From positions 60,521 through 124,520 of the forward strand of contig CAWDWO010000023.1 in assembly GCA_963806035.1 (NCBI GenBank): a stretch of 64,000 nucleotides of DNA, written 5' to 3'. A model generated the notes under the pieces. It was not told the origin of the DNA, did not search any database, and saw only the letters and a program-made list of their open reading frames with translations. The stretch comes from Candidatus Krumholzibacteriota bacterium (GTDB taxonomy: Bacteria; Krumholzibacteriota; Krumholzibacteriia; JAJRXK01). How positions within the stretch are numbered: the stretch's first letter is position 1; the number at the start of each line of letters is the position of its first letter. This document shows positions 37,305 through 48,100 of the stretch, piece after piece. Position numbers and translations under genes: made by a program.

Positions 37305-39482
37305 ATGACGAGATTCTCGGACTACGCATCGAAGACGGGGCTCGTTGCACTGGTGACCATGGTCACCCTGACATTTTCGCCCCAATTCCTCCATGCCGCA
37401 AAGTACGAATCCAATCCGGCGAGTTCCAGCTCGCAGGACCTCAGCGACTCCGAACGGGCCTTCAGCCTGCTGGACAAGCCCTCCTGTTGCCTCGATCTGC
37501 CCGGCCCGCCGCTGGCCTTTGGCAAACGTGACCGGGCCACCCCGCTGCAGCGAGACGATCGCCCCATGGACGTCACGCGCTACGAGATTTCGCTTCAGGT
37601 GAGCGATAAGGTCGATTCTCTCTACGGACTGGTGAAGATACACCTGAAGGCCCTGGCTCCCTTGGACCAGATCGATCTCGATCTTCTCTCCGAGGGAATC
37701 CAGGTGGAGGACACCGAGGTCGAGGGTATTCCGGCCAACTTCACGCACGACAACGAGACCCTCAGCGTGCCACTCGCTTCAACCCTGGCGGTGGGCGACT
37801 CCACTACCATCACCGTGCACTATCGCGGTCAGCCCGTGTCCTTCGGTCTCATGGGATTCGAACTCGCTCAGTTCAATCGTGGCACCTTCGAAGGCAAGCC
37901 AATCATCCAAACCCTGAGCGAACCGAAGTCCGCGCGTTCTTGGTGGCCCTGTCACGACACGCCCTATGATGCAGCCACCTTCTCCATCCACATCACCTGC
38001 CCCGATTCTTTGACGGTGGTGGTTCCGGGAACGGACCGCTCACGCATCGTGGAAACGCCGCTTGCGGCAGGATGGAAACGAACCGACGTGGAGATGAGCA
38101 CCCCGATCCCGGCCTATCTTTTTTCGCTCGCCATCTCCGATTACGACTTCTACAGCGATACGGCTCAAGTCACCGACTACGAGACGGGTCAGCCAATCGA
38201 TATGCCGGTGGAGTACTACATCGCCAAACCGGAGATCCCTGGCGCGGTGGATTGGTTGGGAGAATCGAAATTCGCCTGGGGGATGACCCCCGAGCTGGTG
38301 GAGTACTTCGATTCGATCTTTGGCCCCTACCCTTTCGCCAAGCAACGCTACGGAATGGCCATGTTCAAGTGGGGCGGCGGCATGGAACACGCCACCTGTT
38401 CCAGCATGAGTCAGAACTACGTGACTACCGCTCTCAACGGGATCACCGGGGGGCCGCTCTGGGAATGGGTGGTGGCTCACGAGCTGGCGCACCAGTGGTT
38501 CGGAGATTGCGTTCACCTCGCGCGCTGGGGAGAGATCTGGCTGAACGAGGGATTCGCCTCCTATTGCGAGGTTCTCTGGATGGAACATCGCTATGGCATG
38601 GCGATCGGCCGCAAGTTCCGGCAACTGCGATTCTACGATTACATGGATTCTTTCAACCATTCCATGGTCGATCCGCCCGTCGACGAACTCTTTGGTCTCG
38701 TCAGCTACAAGAAGGGCGCGATGGTCCTGCACATGTTGCGCGAGGTCTTCGAAGAGCGCTTTCCCGGGATGGGAAGAGAGAAACTCCTGCAGACGATGAG
38801 GGAGTACGTCACCGATCCCTCCCTGCGGTTCTCCCCCGTCACGAGTAGCGACTTCCAGGCTCACGCCGAAACGGTCTACGGGGGTTCCCTGGACTGGTTC
38901 TTCCAGCCCTGGTTGCATTGGGCCGATGTGTGTCATCTCCAGACACGCTGGCTACCCCAGGGAAACGACCTTCTTTTGACTCTGTCTCAGGACCCCGCCA
39001 ACTCCTTTCGTCTGCCCGTTCCGGTGCGGGTCTACACCGCGGAGGGTGACAGCAGCGACTACTGGGTGTGGACGGATGACCCCACCGTGAACACGACCCT
39101 CTCCGTCGGCGGCGAAGTGGCCGCGGTCAAAGTCGATCCTGACGAGGATTTCCTCATCTATCGGGATACTGCGCCTGTCTCCGCTACTGCCGGGGGTATC
39201 TCCTTCGAGGCGGGTTATCCCAATCCCTACCTGGCCTCCTCCGGTGCACTCTTCAAGGTGCCCGCCTTCGCGCAGCGGGATGCTTCCATGAGCGTGACGG
39301 TGTACGACGTCTCCGGGCGCAGGCTCAGAGTTCTGCGCTCGGGCATGGTGGCGCCGGGGCCGGTCACTCTCAGCTGGGATGGACGGGACGGCGACGGGAG
39401 GCCGGTATCGAGTGGACTTTATTTCCTGCGCATCAAGACCGAGGCCGGCTCCAAGAGCCAGCGCGTGATCCTCGTGCGCTGA
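37305..39482 (+). CDS. Secreted M1 family aminopeptidase with C-terminal FlgD/T9SS-type domain
   Basis: ARSWWPC, GGMEH, HELAHQWFGD...WLNEGFASY, YKKGAMVLHML; C-terminal YPNP...YDVSGR...WDGRD..G..VSSGLYF. Confidence 0.92.
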   Translation: MTRFSDYASKTGLVALVTMVTLTFSPQFLHAAKYESNPASSSSQDLSDSERAFSLLDKPSCCLDLPGPPLAFGKRDRATPLQRDDRPMDVTRYEISLQVSDKVDSLYGLVKIHLKALAPLDQIDLDLLSEGIQVEDTEVEGIPANFTHDNETLSVPLASTLAVGDSTTITVHYRGQPVSFGLMGFELAQFNRGTFEGKPIIQTLSEPKSARSWWPCHDTPYDAATFSIHITCPDSLTVVVPGTDRSRIVETPLAAGWKRTDVEMSTPIPAYLFSLAISDYDFYSDTAQVTDYETGQPIDMPVEYYIAKPEIPGAVDWLGESKFAWGMTPELVEYFDSIFGPYPFAKQRYGMAMFKWGGGMEHATCSSMSQNYVTTALNGITGGPLWEWVVAHELAHQWFGDCVHLARWGEIWLNEGFASYCEVLWMEHRYGMAIGRKFRQLRFYDYMDSFNHSMVDPPVDELFGLVSYKKGAMVLHMLREVFEERFPGMGREKLLQTMREYVTDPSLRFSPVTSSDFQAHAETVYGGSLDWFFQPWLHWADVCHLQTRWLPQGNDLLLTLSQDPANSFRLPVPVRVYTAEGDSSDYWVWTDDPTVNTTLSVGGEVAAVKVDPDEDFLIYRDTAPVSATAGGISFEAGYPNPYLASSGALFKVPAFAQRDASMSVTVYDVSGRRLRVLRSGMVAPGPVTLSWDGRDGDGRPVSSGLYFLRIKTEAGSKSQRVILVR

Positions 39483-39500
39483 GCTCGAGCCACGATCGGC

Positions 39501-41855
39501 TTAGAAGGGCAGATCGCCGTCTTCGGGGAGAATCTCGAGCTTCGCGTAGTGAGCAAGCACGCGCTTGCGCCCGCTCTCGCCGAATTCGATGGTGAGCCTG
39601 GTGAGTTCACCGAAGCCCTCGACTTCAGCGATGGTTCCCTCGCCGAGAGTCTGATGGCGAACACGCTGTCCGACCTCGAAGACGAGTTCCTCCTGGCTCA
39701 GCTCGTGGTCCTGAAAGCCGTGGTCGTTCTGCGCTTGTGCCCGCTGCTTGGCCCTGCTCTTGAGAAAGGCCTCGGCTCCGTAGGGGCTCGCGCCTGGCGC
39801 GGCGGAGGGCTTGCTCGTGGAAGCGCGTCGGCGCTTGGACGCCCCAAAACTCGGCGCTCCACTCTCCACATCGCCAAAGAGGCGGCGGGTTCTGCTGCGC
39901 CGGTTCCACAACAGATCCTCGTCCTGGCGGACGCGCTCTCCCTTCTCGATCACGATCTCGGCCGGAAGCTCGCTCAAAAAACGGCTGGGATACGCGGGCT
40001 CTGAGCCTCCAAAGCGGCGGCGGAAAGCGGCCGCGCTCAAGAATACTCGCTGCCGCGCGCGGGTCAGCGCCACATAGAAGAGCCGTCTCTCCTCCTCCAG
40101 CTTGTCTTCTTCCTCGATGCTGTTGGCGTGCGGAAGGAGATTCTCCTCACAACCCGCCACGAACACCACGGGGTACTCGAGCCCCTTGGCGTTGTGCATG
40201 GTCATCAGGGTCACCATGTCGCCGGCCGCGTCCATCCGATCGACTTCGGCCAGGAGCGCGACCGACTCGAGAAAATCGAAGAGCCGTCCCTCATCGCTCT
40301 CCGCCACGAAAGCTTCCGCCGCGTGGAGCAGCTCGCGCACGTTCTCCTCGCGGTCTTCGGCGGTGGAAGGATCGTCGTCGTGCAACCATTTGATGTAGTT
40401 CGTGCTCTGAAAAACCTGTTCGACCACTTTCGCGGCGTCCAAGTTTTCCGCTGCGCGGCGCAGAGTGGTCATGAGCGAAACGAACTTCTCGATGCGCGCA
40501 GCCCCCTTGCCGCAGACCCTGGCCAGAAGCTCGGGATGCAGCTCGCAGAACCGCAGGGGTGAGAGATTGTGCGTGGCGGCGGCCTGGAAAAGCCTCTCCA
40601 CGCTCTTCTTGCCGATCCCCCGGCGCGGCACGTTGATCACGCGCTCCAAACTCACCTGGTCTGCGGGATTGATGGCCAGCTTGAGGTAGGCCAGGACGTC
40701 GCGCACTTCGCGCCGTTCGTAAAAGCGCGTGCCTCCGATGATTTGGTAGGGAAGTCCAGCGCGGCGCAAAGCATCTTCCAGAGCGCGGCTCTGCGCGTTC
40801 GTGCGATACAGGATGACGCAGTCCTGGCGACGGTATCCCTCTTCGTTCTTCAGCTGCTGGATGCGGCTCTCGATTGCCGCCCCCTCGCCCTCCTCGTCGT
40901 CCACCCACCACAACTCGAGGGCCTGACCGTCGGCCGCCTCGGTCCAGAGCTTCTTGCCGCGGCGCTTGCGGTTGTGGGCTATGACTTCGTTGGCGGCCCG
41001 CAGGATGATCCCGGTGGAGCGATAGTTCTGTTCGAGGCGCACGACCTTGGCTCCGGGAAAATATTGCTCGAAGGAGAGCATATTCTCGACCGTCGCACCG
41101 CGCCAGGAATAGATGGCCTGATCGTCGTCCCCCACCGCGAAGAGATTCTCCCACTGGGCGCTGAGGGCCTTGGTCAGGATGAGCTGCAGCGGGTTGGTGT
41201 CCTGGAACTCGTCGACCAACACGTAGTGGAAACGTTCCGCATAGCGCTCCTGGACGTCCTTGTGGGTCTCGAAGAGCTCGACGGTGCGCGCGATGAGATC
41301 GTCGAAATCCATGGCCTGATTCGAGCGCAAACTGCGCTCGTACTCCGCGTAGATCTGCGCCATGCGCTCTTCCCAACCCGTCATCGCGCGTTCGCTCGCC
41401 TCGGCGGGCTTCACCGATTGATTCTTGAAATGGCTGATGGCGGTAGCGACGGCCCGCGGCGTGAATTCCTTGGGGTCGGCATGGCGTTTCTTCAGCACCG
41501 CCTTGATCACGGCGCGGCTGTCGTCCGCGTCGTAGATGCTGAACTCGCGCGAGTATCCCAGGCGCTCCGCCTCTCTGCGCAAGATGCGAACCCCTGTGGC
41601 GTGGAAAGTGCCGATCCAGGCCTGCCTGCCCTCGTGGGTCAGAGCTTCCACGCGCTCGCGCATCTCGCGCGCCGCCTTGTTGGTGAAGGTGAAGGCCAGG
41701 ATGTTCTCCGGCCGGACACCCTCTTCCTTGATGAGGTAGGCGATGCGAGTGGTAAGCACGCGCGTCTTGCCACTGCCGGCCCCGGCAATGACCAGCATGG
41801 GGCCCTGGGTATTCACGACCGCCTGGCGTTGTTCTGGGTTGAGACCTTGAAGCAT
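39501..41855 (-). CDS. pcrA: ATP-dependent DNA helicase UvrD/PcrA
   Basis: LNPEQ, AGAGSGKT, TFTNKAA, VDEFQDTN, GDDDQAIYSWRGA, LEQNYRST, EEERRLFYVALTRA; C-terminal Tudor-like domain. Confidence 0.95.
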   Translation of the reverse strand: MLQGLNPEQRQAVVNTQGPMLVIAGAGSGKTRVLTTRIAYLIKEEGVRPENILAFTFTNKAAREMRERVEALTHEGRQAWIGTFHATGVRILRREAERLGYSREFSIYDADDSRAVIKAVLKKRHADPKEFTPRAVATAISHFKNQSVKPAEASERAMTGWEERMAQIYAEYERSLRSNQAMDFDDLIARTVELFETHKDVQERYAERFHYVLVDEFQDTNPLQLILTKALSAQWENLFAVGDDDQAIYSWRGATVENMLSFEQYFPGAKVVRLEQNYRSTGIILRAANEVIAHNRKRRGKKLWTEAADGQALELWWVDDEEGEGAAIESRIQQLKNEEGYRRQDCVILYRTNAQSRALEDALRRAGLPYQIIGGTRFYERREVRDVLAYLKLAINPADQVSLERVINVPRRGIGKKSVERLFQAAATHNLSPLRFCELHPELLARVCGKGAARIEKFVSLMTTLRRAAENLDAAKVVEQVFQSTNYIKWLHDDDPSTAEDREENVRELLHAAEAFVAESDEGRLFDFLESVALLAEVDRMDAAGDMVTLMTMHNAKGLEYPVVFVAGCEENLLPHANSIEEEDKLEEERRLFYVALTRARQRVFLSAAAFRRRFGGSEPAYPSRFLSELPAEIVIEKGERVRQDEDLLWNRRSRTRRLFGDVESGAPSFGASKRRRASTSKPSAAPGASPYGAEAFLKSRAKQRAQAQNDHGFQDHELSQEELVFEVGQRVRHQTLGEGTIAEVEGFGELTRLTIEFGESGRKRVLAHYAKLEILPEDGDLPF

Positions 41856-41863
41856 CGGAGGAA

Positions 41864-44800
41864 CTAAAACTCCGGACCTATCGAGAAGGTGAACTGCATG
41901 TCACCGTAAGTGCGGGCGAAATCTGTCTTCCATGCCCAGTCGAACTTGAACGGGAGGCCGAGGAAACTCACGCGCATCCCCAGCCCATAATCGGCTTTGA
42001 GGTCGCGCAAGCGGAAGTTGCCATTACTGGTCTCTCCGAAGGGTTTGAAGCTGGCGTTGAACGCGCTACCTGCGTCGAAGAAAACGACGCCGCCGATCCC
42101 TCCGATGCCGAAGCGCCCCGGCCATCCAAAGAAGATGGCATCGATCGCGGGGAAGCGATACTCCAGATTCATGAGCAGCATCCTGCGCCCCACCAGGTGC
42201 TGGTAGACTGGATCATCGGTTTCCACTCCCTTTTCGAAATCGAAAGTGTCCCATCCTCTCAGGGTAAAGGGCCCTCCGAGGACGAAGGCGTTGGGATCGC
42301 TCCCATTGCTGTAGGCTCCGGTGAAGCGCGTGGCAATGGCGTTCCCCTTGCCGAAGTGGATGTACTTGCGGTAGTCCGCGAATCCCGTCACACGGTCGAG
42401 CCCATCGCTTCCCATGGGAATTGCCGGCGAGAAATTCAGGGTCCACCGGCTCCCGGTGAGCGGACCGTTGGGCCCGTAGAAGGCGGAGTCGTGAACGAGG
42501 GAGAGACTGGGTTGAATGAGTTGCGCCTTGGTGTGCGAAGTCTCGAAATAGTATCCGCTCAGAGGATCCAATTCGTAGAAGGTGCGGTCGGCAACGAAGG
42601 CCTGGACTTCGAAATCGAGCCGATCAAAAGTCGAGAAGGGTCGACTCGCGATGCCGAAGAAACCGTAATTACGCTCGCTGAAGAGCCGGCTCCGATCGAA
42701 AACTTCGCCCAGAGTCGTGTAGTTGCTGTTGAAGAAATTCTTGTAGTGGAAGACACCGAACCCGAGATTGACCCGCCGCTTCAGATAGAAGTAGCTCGCC
42801 GCGAGGTCGCTGTCCTTCAGGGATCCGTAGAAGTTCACCAAGAACTGAATGCGGTGGTTTCCCAAGAGATCGCTCAAACTGATGATGTTGGCGAAGCCCA
42901 GCCCCAGCCCCGAGGAATAGTAGACTCCTCCGATGCTGCCGCTTCCCAGGGGATCCAGGCTGAAGCGCGGCTTGTACTTGGTGATCGTCCCCACCGGCTT
43001 GTCCGTGAGGGATTCGTGTCCCGGCTCGTGGTTCGGCTCCGCTTGCGGTCCGCCTTCGTGGTCCGACTCGTTCCCCTGCTCCGCTTGCGATTGCGGCTTG
43101 GTCCTCGCTTCGTGATCCAGCGGACTCTTCGGCCCTTGCTTCGAGCCCTCTGCCCCCGGCGGCGGGTTCTGCGATTCGCCGGGGACGGCCTGACCCGAGA
43201 GCAGATCCCCCACCGTCAACGGCTCGCTCACGTGCGAAGAGTCCGGCGCGGTGCTCTCCGCCAGCTCCGTCTTTGAAGTGTCGGCCGGCGGCGCGGGCAC
43301 CGGATCCGCATAGCTGTTCTCTTTCACGTACTTCGTGAGATTCTCCAACTCGAAGATGTCATAGCCACCGTTGGAGAATGCGGCGAATACCAGGCGATCG
43401 GCTGCGCGGTTGTACGAAGGCTGAAAGATTCCGGTGAGCACGTCCGTGAAGCGGTGCATGGTCTGGCTGAGCATGTCGTAGTAGTAGAGATTGGAGATCC
43501 CGCTGGCGTCGCTCACGAAGACGATGTGTTCGTCATCCACCGCGACCGGCGCGGAATCGTCCCCCGGGGTCGACAGCAACTTGCGGCGTTCCGCGCTCGC
43601 CAGATCCAAGAGAAAGATGTCGCGACTGGTTTCCTGCTGGGCGACGTTCTGAGGGTTGAAGAAGTCGACCAGGGTCATGTGCTCGTGTCCGTTTTCGTCC
43701 TTCTTGATGCCCACGTCGATCACCGGATTCGGTGAGGCGGAATACACGATGCTCTTGCCGTCAGGCATCCAGGAGGGAGAAAACTCGCTGGAAAGATCAT
43801 GGGTGATTTGCCGGATGCTCTCCTGCTTCAAGTCGACGAGCATGAGATCGGTGCGGCCGTCCTTGCTCCCCACCACCACGACCTCGTCTTCGGTGGGCGA
43901 CCAGGAAGGACTCCGGGCGATATCTACCGGAAGTTTGATGTGCTGCAGGATCTTACCGTCGGGCACTCGCAGGACATAGAGGGTCTCCCGCCCGCCGCTC
44001 TTGGCCACCATGGCCAGACGTCCTCCCGCCGGATCGAAACTGATACCGCTGTCGTAGGAATGAAAGCTGAGGAAGCGATCGCTGCGGTAGCCGGTGGCCA
44101 AGGTGGAGAGGATGTTCTTGTCGACCAGATCCATGAGGAAGAGCTTGACGAAGCCTTCGCGGTCGCTGAAGAAGGCGATGACGTTGCCATCGGGTGAAAT
44201 CGCCGGTTGCTGGGCGAAGTAGTAGTTGTCCTTCGCGTGATCGGTCATGCGACGGCCGATCTTCGAGGCTTCCTTCTTGTCCTGATAGCTCGGCCAGTAG
44301 CTGTGCTTCAGCCACTTCTCCCACTCGGCGGAGAACTGGCGGGTATTGAGTCCGATCGTCATCTCCAGTGCGCGATCGACGTTGCGGACTTTCCCCACTT
44401 CCTTGAAGAACTCCACGACCTTCTCGTGGCCGTAGGTCACCGCCATGTAGCGCAGGGCGGCTTGCCCTTCCCTGTAGACCTGATAGCCGGAATAGATGCG
44501 GTCGAGCGGTGCGATCCAATCGTAGATCGTGCCGTCACGCATCCACATGTCTGTGGTCTTGTCCCAGCCGTCGGGGGTCGAGAAAAATTCGGCGGCGCCC
44601 TCGGCGAACCAGAGGTCGATGGGAAAGAGCGCCCTGCGTGCGGCGCCCGAAGCGGTGCTCTTGTAGGCCAGATCGAACATGAATACGTGAACCAACTCGT
44701 GGTTGATCACGTGGACGAAGGCCTCGTTGTCGCCGGGATAGGGCAACACCACGCGATTGCGCAGCGGCTCGGAGAATCCTCCGGTGGACTCGCCGATGAG

Positions 44801-45112
44801 CTCATCACTAATGTTGGTCTGTTGAAAGTCGTTGGGAGATGCGTAGAGAATGAAAGGAATTTGCTTCTGAAATTCGTGCTGAAAAACGCCGCTCAATCTC
44901 AGATATGCGTCCTCTGCGATGACCGAGGCGCGCGCGGCCAGGTTCTCCTCGCCTTTGTAGAAGAAGATCTCGAAGTGCGGAGTATTGAGCACCTGCCAAT
45001 GAAAATTGTCGTACTGTACTTTGTTGCGAGCCTGCACTCCTTCGGCCCAGATCGATAGAAAGCAGGCCGACACCGCCACCAAACGAATTGCCGCAGAAAG
45101 TCGAGTTTTCAT
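41864..45112 (-). CDS. Omp85-family protein with N-terminal zinc-metallopeptidase-like domain and PD40 beta-propeller
   Basis: Signal peptide; HELVH...WFAEGAAE; repeats QPAISPDG, SPSWSP, SPSWMPDG; P/E/S-rich linker; barrel with LGGPFTLRGW, FFDAG and terminal FSIGPEF. Confidence 0.85.
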   Translation of the reverse strand: MKTRLSAAIRLVAVSACFLSIWAEGVQARNKVQYDNFHWQVLNTPHFEIFFYKGEENLAARASVIAEDAYLRLSGVFQHEFQKQIPFILYASPNDFQQTNISDELIGESTGGFSEPLRNRVVLPYPGDNEAFVHVINHELVHVFMFDLAYKSTASGAARRALFPIDLWFAEGAAEFFSTPDGWDKTTDMWMRDGTIYDWIAPLDRIYSGYQVYREGQAALRYMAVTYGHEKVVEFFKEVGKVRNVDRALEMTIGLNTRQFSAEWEKWLKHSYWPSYQDKKEASKIGRRMTDHAKDNYYFAQQPAISPDGNVIAFFSDREGFVKLFLMDLVDKNILSTLATGYRSDRFLSFHSYDSGISFDPAGGRLAMVAKSGGRETLYVLRVPDGKILQHIKLPVDIARSPSWSPTEDEVVVVGSKDGRTDLMLVDLKQESIRQITHDLSSEFSPSWMPDGKSIVYSASPNPVIDVGIKKDENGHEHMTLVDFFNPQNVAQQETSRDIFLLDLASAERRKLLSTPGDDSAPVAVDDEHIVFVSDASGISNLYYYDMLSQTMHRFTDVLTGIFQPSYNRAADRLVFAAFSNGGYDIFELENLTKYVKENSYADPVPAPPADTSKTELAESTAPDSSHVSEPLTVGDLLSGQAVPGESQNPPPGAEGSKQGPKSPLDHEARTKPQSQAEQGNESDHEGGPQAEPNHEPGHESLTDKPVGTITKYKPRFSLDPLGSGSIGGVYYSSGLGLGFANIISLSDLLGNHRIQFLVNFYGSLKDSDLAASYFYLKRRVNLGFGVFHYKNFFNSNYTTLGEVFDRSRLFSERNYGFFGIASRPFSTFDRLDFEVQAFVADRTFYELDPLSGYYFETSHTKAQLIQPSLSLVHDSAFYGPNGPLTGSRWTLNFSPAIPMGSDGLDRVTGFADYRKYIHFGKGNAIATRFTGAYSNGSDPNAFVLGGPFTLRGWDTFDFEKGVETDDPVYQHLVGRRMLLMNLEYRFPAIDAIFFGWPGRFGIGGIGGVVFFDAGSAFNASFKPFGETSNGNFRLRDLKADYGLGMRVSFLGLPFKFDWAWKTDFARTYGDMQFTFSIGPEF

Positions 45113-45145
45113 TCTCTCGCGTGGGCTAGAAGGGGTATCCGCTCA

Positions 45146-48100
45146 TCAGTACTCGACTCGATACTTCAAGTCTACGTTGAAGGTAGTCGTGGGGGCCCCG
45201 CTCCGCAGACCGGTCCCGAACTCCGATGAGAGACGTAAACGGCGATTCATCTGGTATTCAAGAAACAAAGCACGCTCCGTGATGGAAACACCCTGGCTGT
45301 ATCGCAGATACAGATCGGGCGAGATGTACTTTCCGACCGCCACCCGCATCCTCTGCGCCTCGGAAATGGAGGCGGATTCGGTCTCGATATCCAGAGTATC
45401 GATTCCGTGAATTTCCTGCGCAATGGACCGCTCGATGAAGTTCAGACCGGCCTTGAACCCGGTATCTGCCAGCGCGCTGCCTCCCGACTGCTCGCTGATG
45501 CCGGCCAGAAGCCTGATGATCCTCTCCTCGTCGTAGCCGCTTTCGCTCTCGAAACGGGTCTTGAGGTTCGAGAAGGTCCCCGTCAAATATACGGTGATCT
45601 CCTCCAAATCCGCGCTACTGGAGCCCTCGTAGCGAAAATCTCGCACCCGGGTCTTGGCCACGATGTCCACCGAGGGCTCCAGACCGCGCGCCCGGCTGTA
45701 ATCCAGGGTGCCTCGTTCTATCTCAAAGTCGTTGTTGAAGATGGGGACACGCCCCTGGGGAATCTCCACCTGCCCGTAGAAGTGGAGGCCGTCCAGATCC
45801 CGCACCAGATCTCCATCTCCGTCCAGCAGGAGCTCCGCCGTGCGGTTCTGAACGCGCGCGGTGCGCGGGGCCCGCAGGTGCAGATTGGCCAGCCAGTCAG
45901 GCGCGGTAGTGGCGCCCAAGGCCTCACCCCCACCCCGGTTGTCGAACTCTCCGGTATAGCGCGCCTTGATCACATCGATCGTCCCGCTGAAGTACGGTCT
46001 GCGCGCGAGGTGCGGGGCGGGGCGCTTCAAACTCATGTGGAGGTCATTGGTGCGCAACAGCGCGCGCAGATGGAGGATGGAGGCAAAGAGAAATCGATCG
46101 GCCTGTATGTCCATCTGGATGTCGTCGGGCAAGAGACCATCGAATTGTACCTCCCCGGTGGCGTTGACGGTCCCCTTGAGTCCCTCGCGGGCCGTGAACT
46201 TCCGGATTTTCATGACCCCGTTTTCGATCGGGGCGTCGATCTCGATCTCCCTCAGCCTCTCCAGGCTGCCCTCGAGCTGCGCAATCCCGTCGTGCACCCG
46301 CAGGTAGCCCTCGATCTGGGGATGATCCATCGAACCGCGGGCCCGGTACAACAGCTCCGCCTTCCCGGAGATCTCGCTCAGCATGGGAAGGATGGGTCCG
46401 AGGCGCCGCAACTCCACTTCTCCGTCCGAGGTGAGCTCCACCTCCGCTCCCTCCGAGCCGGCCCACTGAGGCGCATGAACCGCCGAGAGTCTCAAGGGCA
46501 AGACTACGTTGAAACGCAGCCACGGGTCGGGCGTGAGGATGATTCCGTGGCCGAGCCGCAGGCTCATTCCGTCCGACTCGATGCGGGATCGAAGCGTGGG
46601 AAAGACGATCGTTCCGCCAGCACTGACCAGATTGGTGATCTGCCCTTCGCCCTGGATGAGGGGTCTCTCCAGTGTTCCTTGAATGGAGAGTGCCGCGGTG
46701 ATCCTGCCCAGGTTTTCGTCCTTGGCCTGAGGCTCCATCCAGTAGCGGCTGTTCATGTCGTGGAAGGCCAGGACCAGATTGGGCTGCGCCGGTGCGAGAA
46801 GTTCGCGCCATCGCTCGGGATTCTGTGTCAGCCAGTGCAGGGCATCGTCGCGCAGCAACTCCAGCGATCCCGTCAGCGAAAGTTCTCCCTGCGGCGAGAG
46901 CACCTGCAGCGAGTCCAGCGCGACTTGCGATCCGTGGACCGCGGTGAGGAGACGCAGCCGCTCCACTCGCCTTCCAAAGCCGGTCAGTTGCTTCCCCCGC
47001 ACGTCGATCGTCAGATCGGGGTCCTCACGCTTGCCCTGCAGGACCACGTGTCCCTCCAGGGTACCCTCCAGATCCGGGGGACCGATCCCGAGATGCGGGA
47101 GCAGACCCAAATCGCCGTCCATGAGATCGACGCGGAGGTCCATGACCCCCAGACTGTCCACGCCACCCCGAATGGTCCATCCCCCCGAAGCGGAACGCAC
47201 ACTGAGTCCGTGACTTTGGACCCAGCCCTTGCCGAGTTCGAGCTTCCCTGGTTCGGACAAGATCCATTGTCTCGGACCGAGAGCGAAGCTGGCCGAGTCG
47301 ATCGAGAGGAGAGCCCTCCCTTCCTCCTGCTCGACCTTACCGCTCAGACTCAGGACCGAGTCACCTTCTGACACCTCGAGATGGGGAACGGTGATGGTGG
47401 GATAATCTCGTTGAAATTGACCCTCCAGGCGGCCCAGGCGTACCCCCCCCAGCCGAAACTCGGCCGCTTCGACCTGTCCTTCGACCTTTCCGAGATCGTT
47501 CCATGGACTCACCTTCAAGCGGGCGTGGATCTCGCTGCCCGACATGCGAAAACCCGAGAGGGAATCCAGCACGCCTTCGATTTGCAAGTTCGGCGCCTCG
47601 ACGGGACCGAAGAACCGGCCCTGCGCGCGCATGCCTCCCGAGTGGTCCCAGGGCAGAGCGTAGGCGCTGCGCCAGGCCGCGAGATCCGAAGCCTGCGCGC
47701 TAAAGGGTAGGTCGAGCACGTTCAGCGAGTCGAGAGTGCCCGAGCCCTCGATCCAGGTGTGATTGGTGAGGACCCGCAGCGCATCGAAACGGGTGCCTCG
47801 ATCTTCGCGAAAATGAACCTGCCCGCTCAGGGAGTCCACCGCGAGCTCCGCGATCTGCCCACGCAATTCCTTCGCCGTGAGATCCACCCAGACCGGGGAC
47901 TTGGCGACAACCCTCAGGTCGACGCTTCCGCTCAGCTTCGACTCGGGCCACTGGGTTTCCGTGGTGGTCCAGGGCTGACTCAAGTCCAGATTCTCGACCT
48001 GACCTCGCAGGGCGAGTTCGCCGGTACTGGCATCGACTTTGCCGCGTAGCTCCACCGGCGAACCGAAGAGGAGCCCCTTTGCGCGCGTGATCTGCAGGTC

